From assembly GCA_937922985.1 (NCBI GenBank), contig CALAKV010000038.1, positions 3,857 through 67,856 of the forward strand: DNA of 64,000 nt. Reading direction: 5' to 3'. Below, one piece after another: positions 63,570 to 64,000 of this stretch (its first letter is position 1; each line of letters begins with the position of its first letter). Below the pieces are notes generated by a model. The model ran no database searches and was not told where the DNA came from. It was given only the letters and a program-made list of their open reading frames with translations. Position numbers and translations under genes: made by a program. This stretch comes from an uncultured bacterium (lineage in GTDB: Bacteria; Patescibacteriota; Saccharimonadia; Saccharimonadales; Saccharimonadaceae).

Positions 63570-64000
63570 TTATAAATATTGGCGTAAACTGATGATAGGG
63601 TCTTTTCGAGCTGCACGGAAGGCAGGGTAAAGGCCAAAAATTACACCAACCAACACCGAAATTCCACAAACCAAAACAGCAATTTGCCAAGAAATAACTG
63701 GACTAAACGGTAGAAATACACTCACTCCAAAAGAAAATGCATAGCCAATGAGATAACCAAAAAATCCGCCGCTTAATGAAATTATCATCGATTCTGTTAA
63801 AAATTGAAACAAAATATGCCGATTATTCGCACCAAGTGCCTTTCGAATACCAATTTCTCTCGTTCGCTCACTTACATTCACGAGCATAATATTCATAATG
63901 CCAATTCCACCAACAACTAGCGAAATGCTTGCCACAATTGCCAAAATAAATGTTGAAAGCTCAATAAATTTATCTGATGGATGCGAAATATTTTTACCAG
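63570..64000 (-). CDS. ABC transporter permease, FtsX/MacB-like, C-terminal part (5' end beyond the window)
   Basis: ...GGIGIMNIMLVNVSERTREIGIRKALGANNRHILFQFLTESMIISLSGG... is the FtsX-domain signature. The reading frame stays open to position 64000. Confidence 0.8.
   Translation of the reverse strand, partial: GKNISHPSDKFIELSTFILAIVASISLVVGGIGIMNIMLVNVSERTREIGIRKALGANNRHILFQFLTESMIISLSGGFFGYLIGYAFSFGVSVFLPFSPVISWQIAVLVCGISVLVGVIFGLYPAFRAARKDPIISLRQYL

Noticed and set aside
1-64000. Stop-codon reassignment (for example code 25 or amber suppression) as the explanation for the interrupted genes
   Set aside because: Long housekeeping ORFs are intact under the standard code. TAG ends two ORFs at positions backed by a terminator (2428) or the start of a coupled gene (22369). 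The second interruption is a TAA. Isolated nonsense mutations or sequencing errors are more parsimonious.
1-64000. CRISPR arrays, IS elements, prophage, rRNA operons
   Set aside because: I saw no regularly spaced direct repeats, transposase-like ORFs, phage structural genes or rRNA signatures on either strand.

Overview
AT-rich (roughly 35-40% GC by eye, not computed), gene-dense bacterial chromosome segment with about 60 protein genes, most on the minus strand. By gene content it looks like a reduced-genome Patescibacteria/CPR organism, possibly Saccharibacteria (inference only).

Content, left to right:
- Truncated gyrB, then a small cluster around a 972-aa VirD4/TraG-like P-loop ATPase.
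- A 660-bp non-coding region, tmRNA (minus strand), comM, infC-rpmI-rplT, RNase P RNA (minus strand), and a candidate small structured RNA.
- S2P protease, rpmB, miaA, thrS, tRNA-Val.
- An adenine methyltransferase plus DUF262/HNH nuclease pair, followed by a 790-bp hairpin-rich non-coding region.
- A processive GT2 glycosyltransferase, tRNA-Thr, tRNA-Asp, tRNA-Arg, ndk, and a Xer-type recombinase.
- A full type IV pilus block: three pseudopilins, pilD, pilC, pilT, pilB, pilO/N-like genes, and pilM.
- ychF, tlyA, efp, rpsR-ssb-rpsF, ftsK, holA, mutM, rpoD-dnaG, orn, truB, rpsT, tsaD, a FemAB-like gene, valS, rpsO-pnp, tRNA-Ser, a VirB2/TrbC-like pilin, and a truncated FtsX-like permease.

Most unusual signals:
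1. The palindrome TTCGAA occurs about 214 times by hand count, against roughly 20-25 expected. It appears in all reading frames, in intergenic DNA and in RNA genes. A few islands lack it (pseudopilin genes, 61.5-62.9 kb).
2. pilM carries an in-frame TAG inside its conserved N-terminus.
3. A second gene pair (61584-62819) is one reading frame split by a single TAA.
4. An exact 20-nt copy of the rpmI/rplT junction sits at the infC promoter and leader.
5. A GC-richer islet holds two tandem paralogous 113-aa genes under a perfect consensus promoter.
6. Several promoter/terminator-bounded non-coding units are unassigned.

No CRISPR array, IS element, prophage or rRNA was seen.
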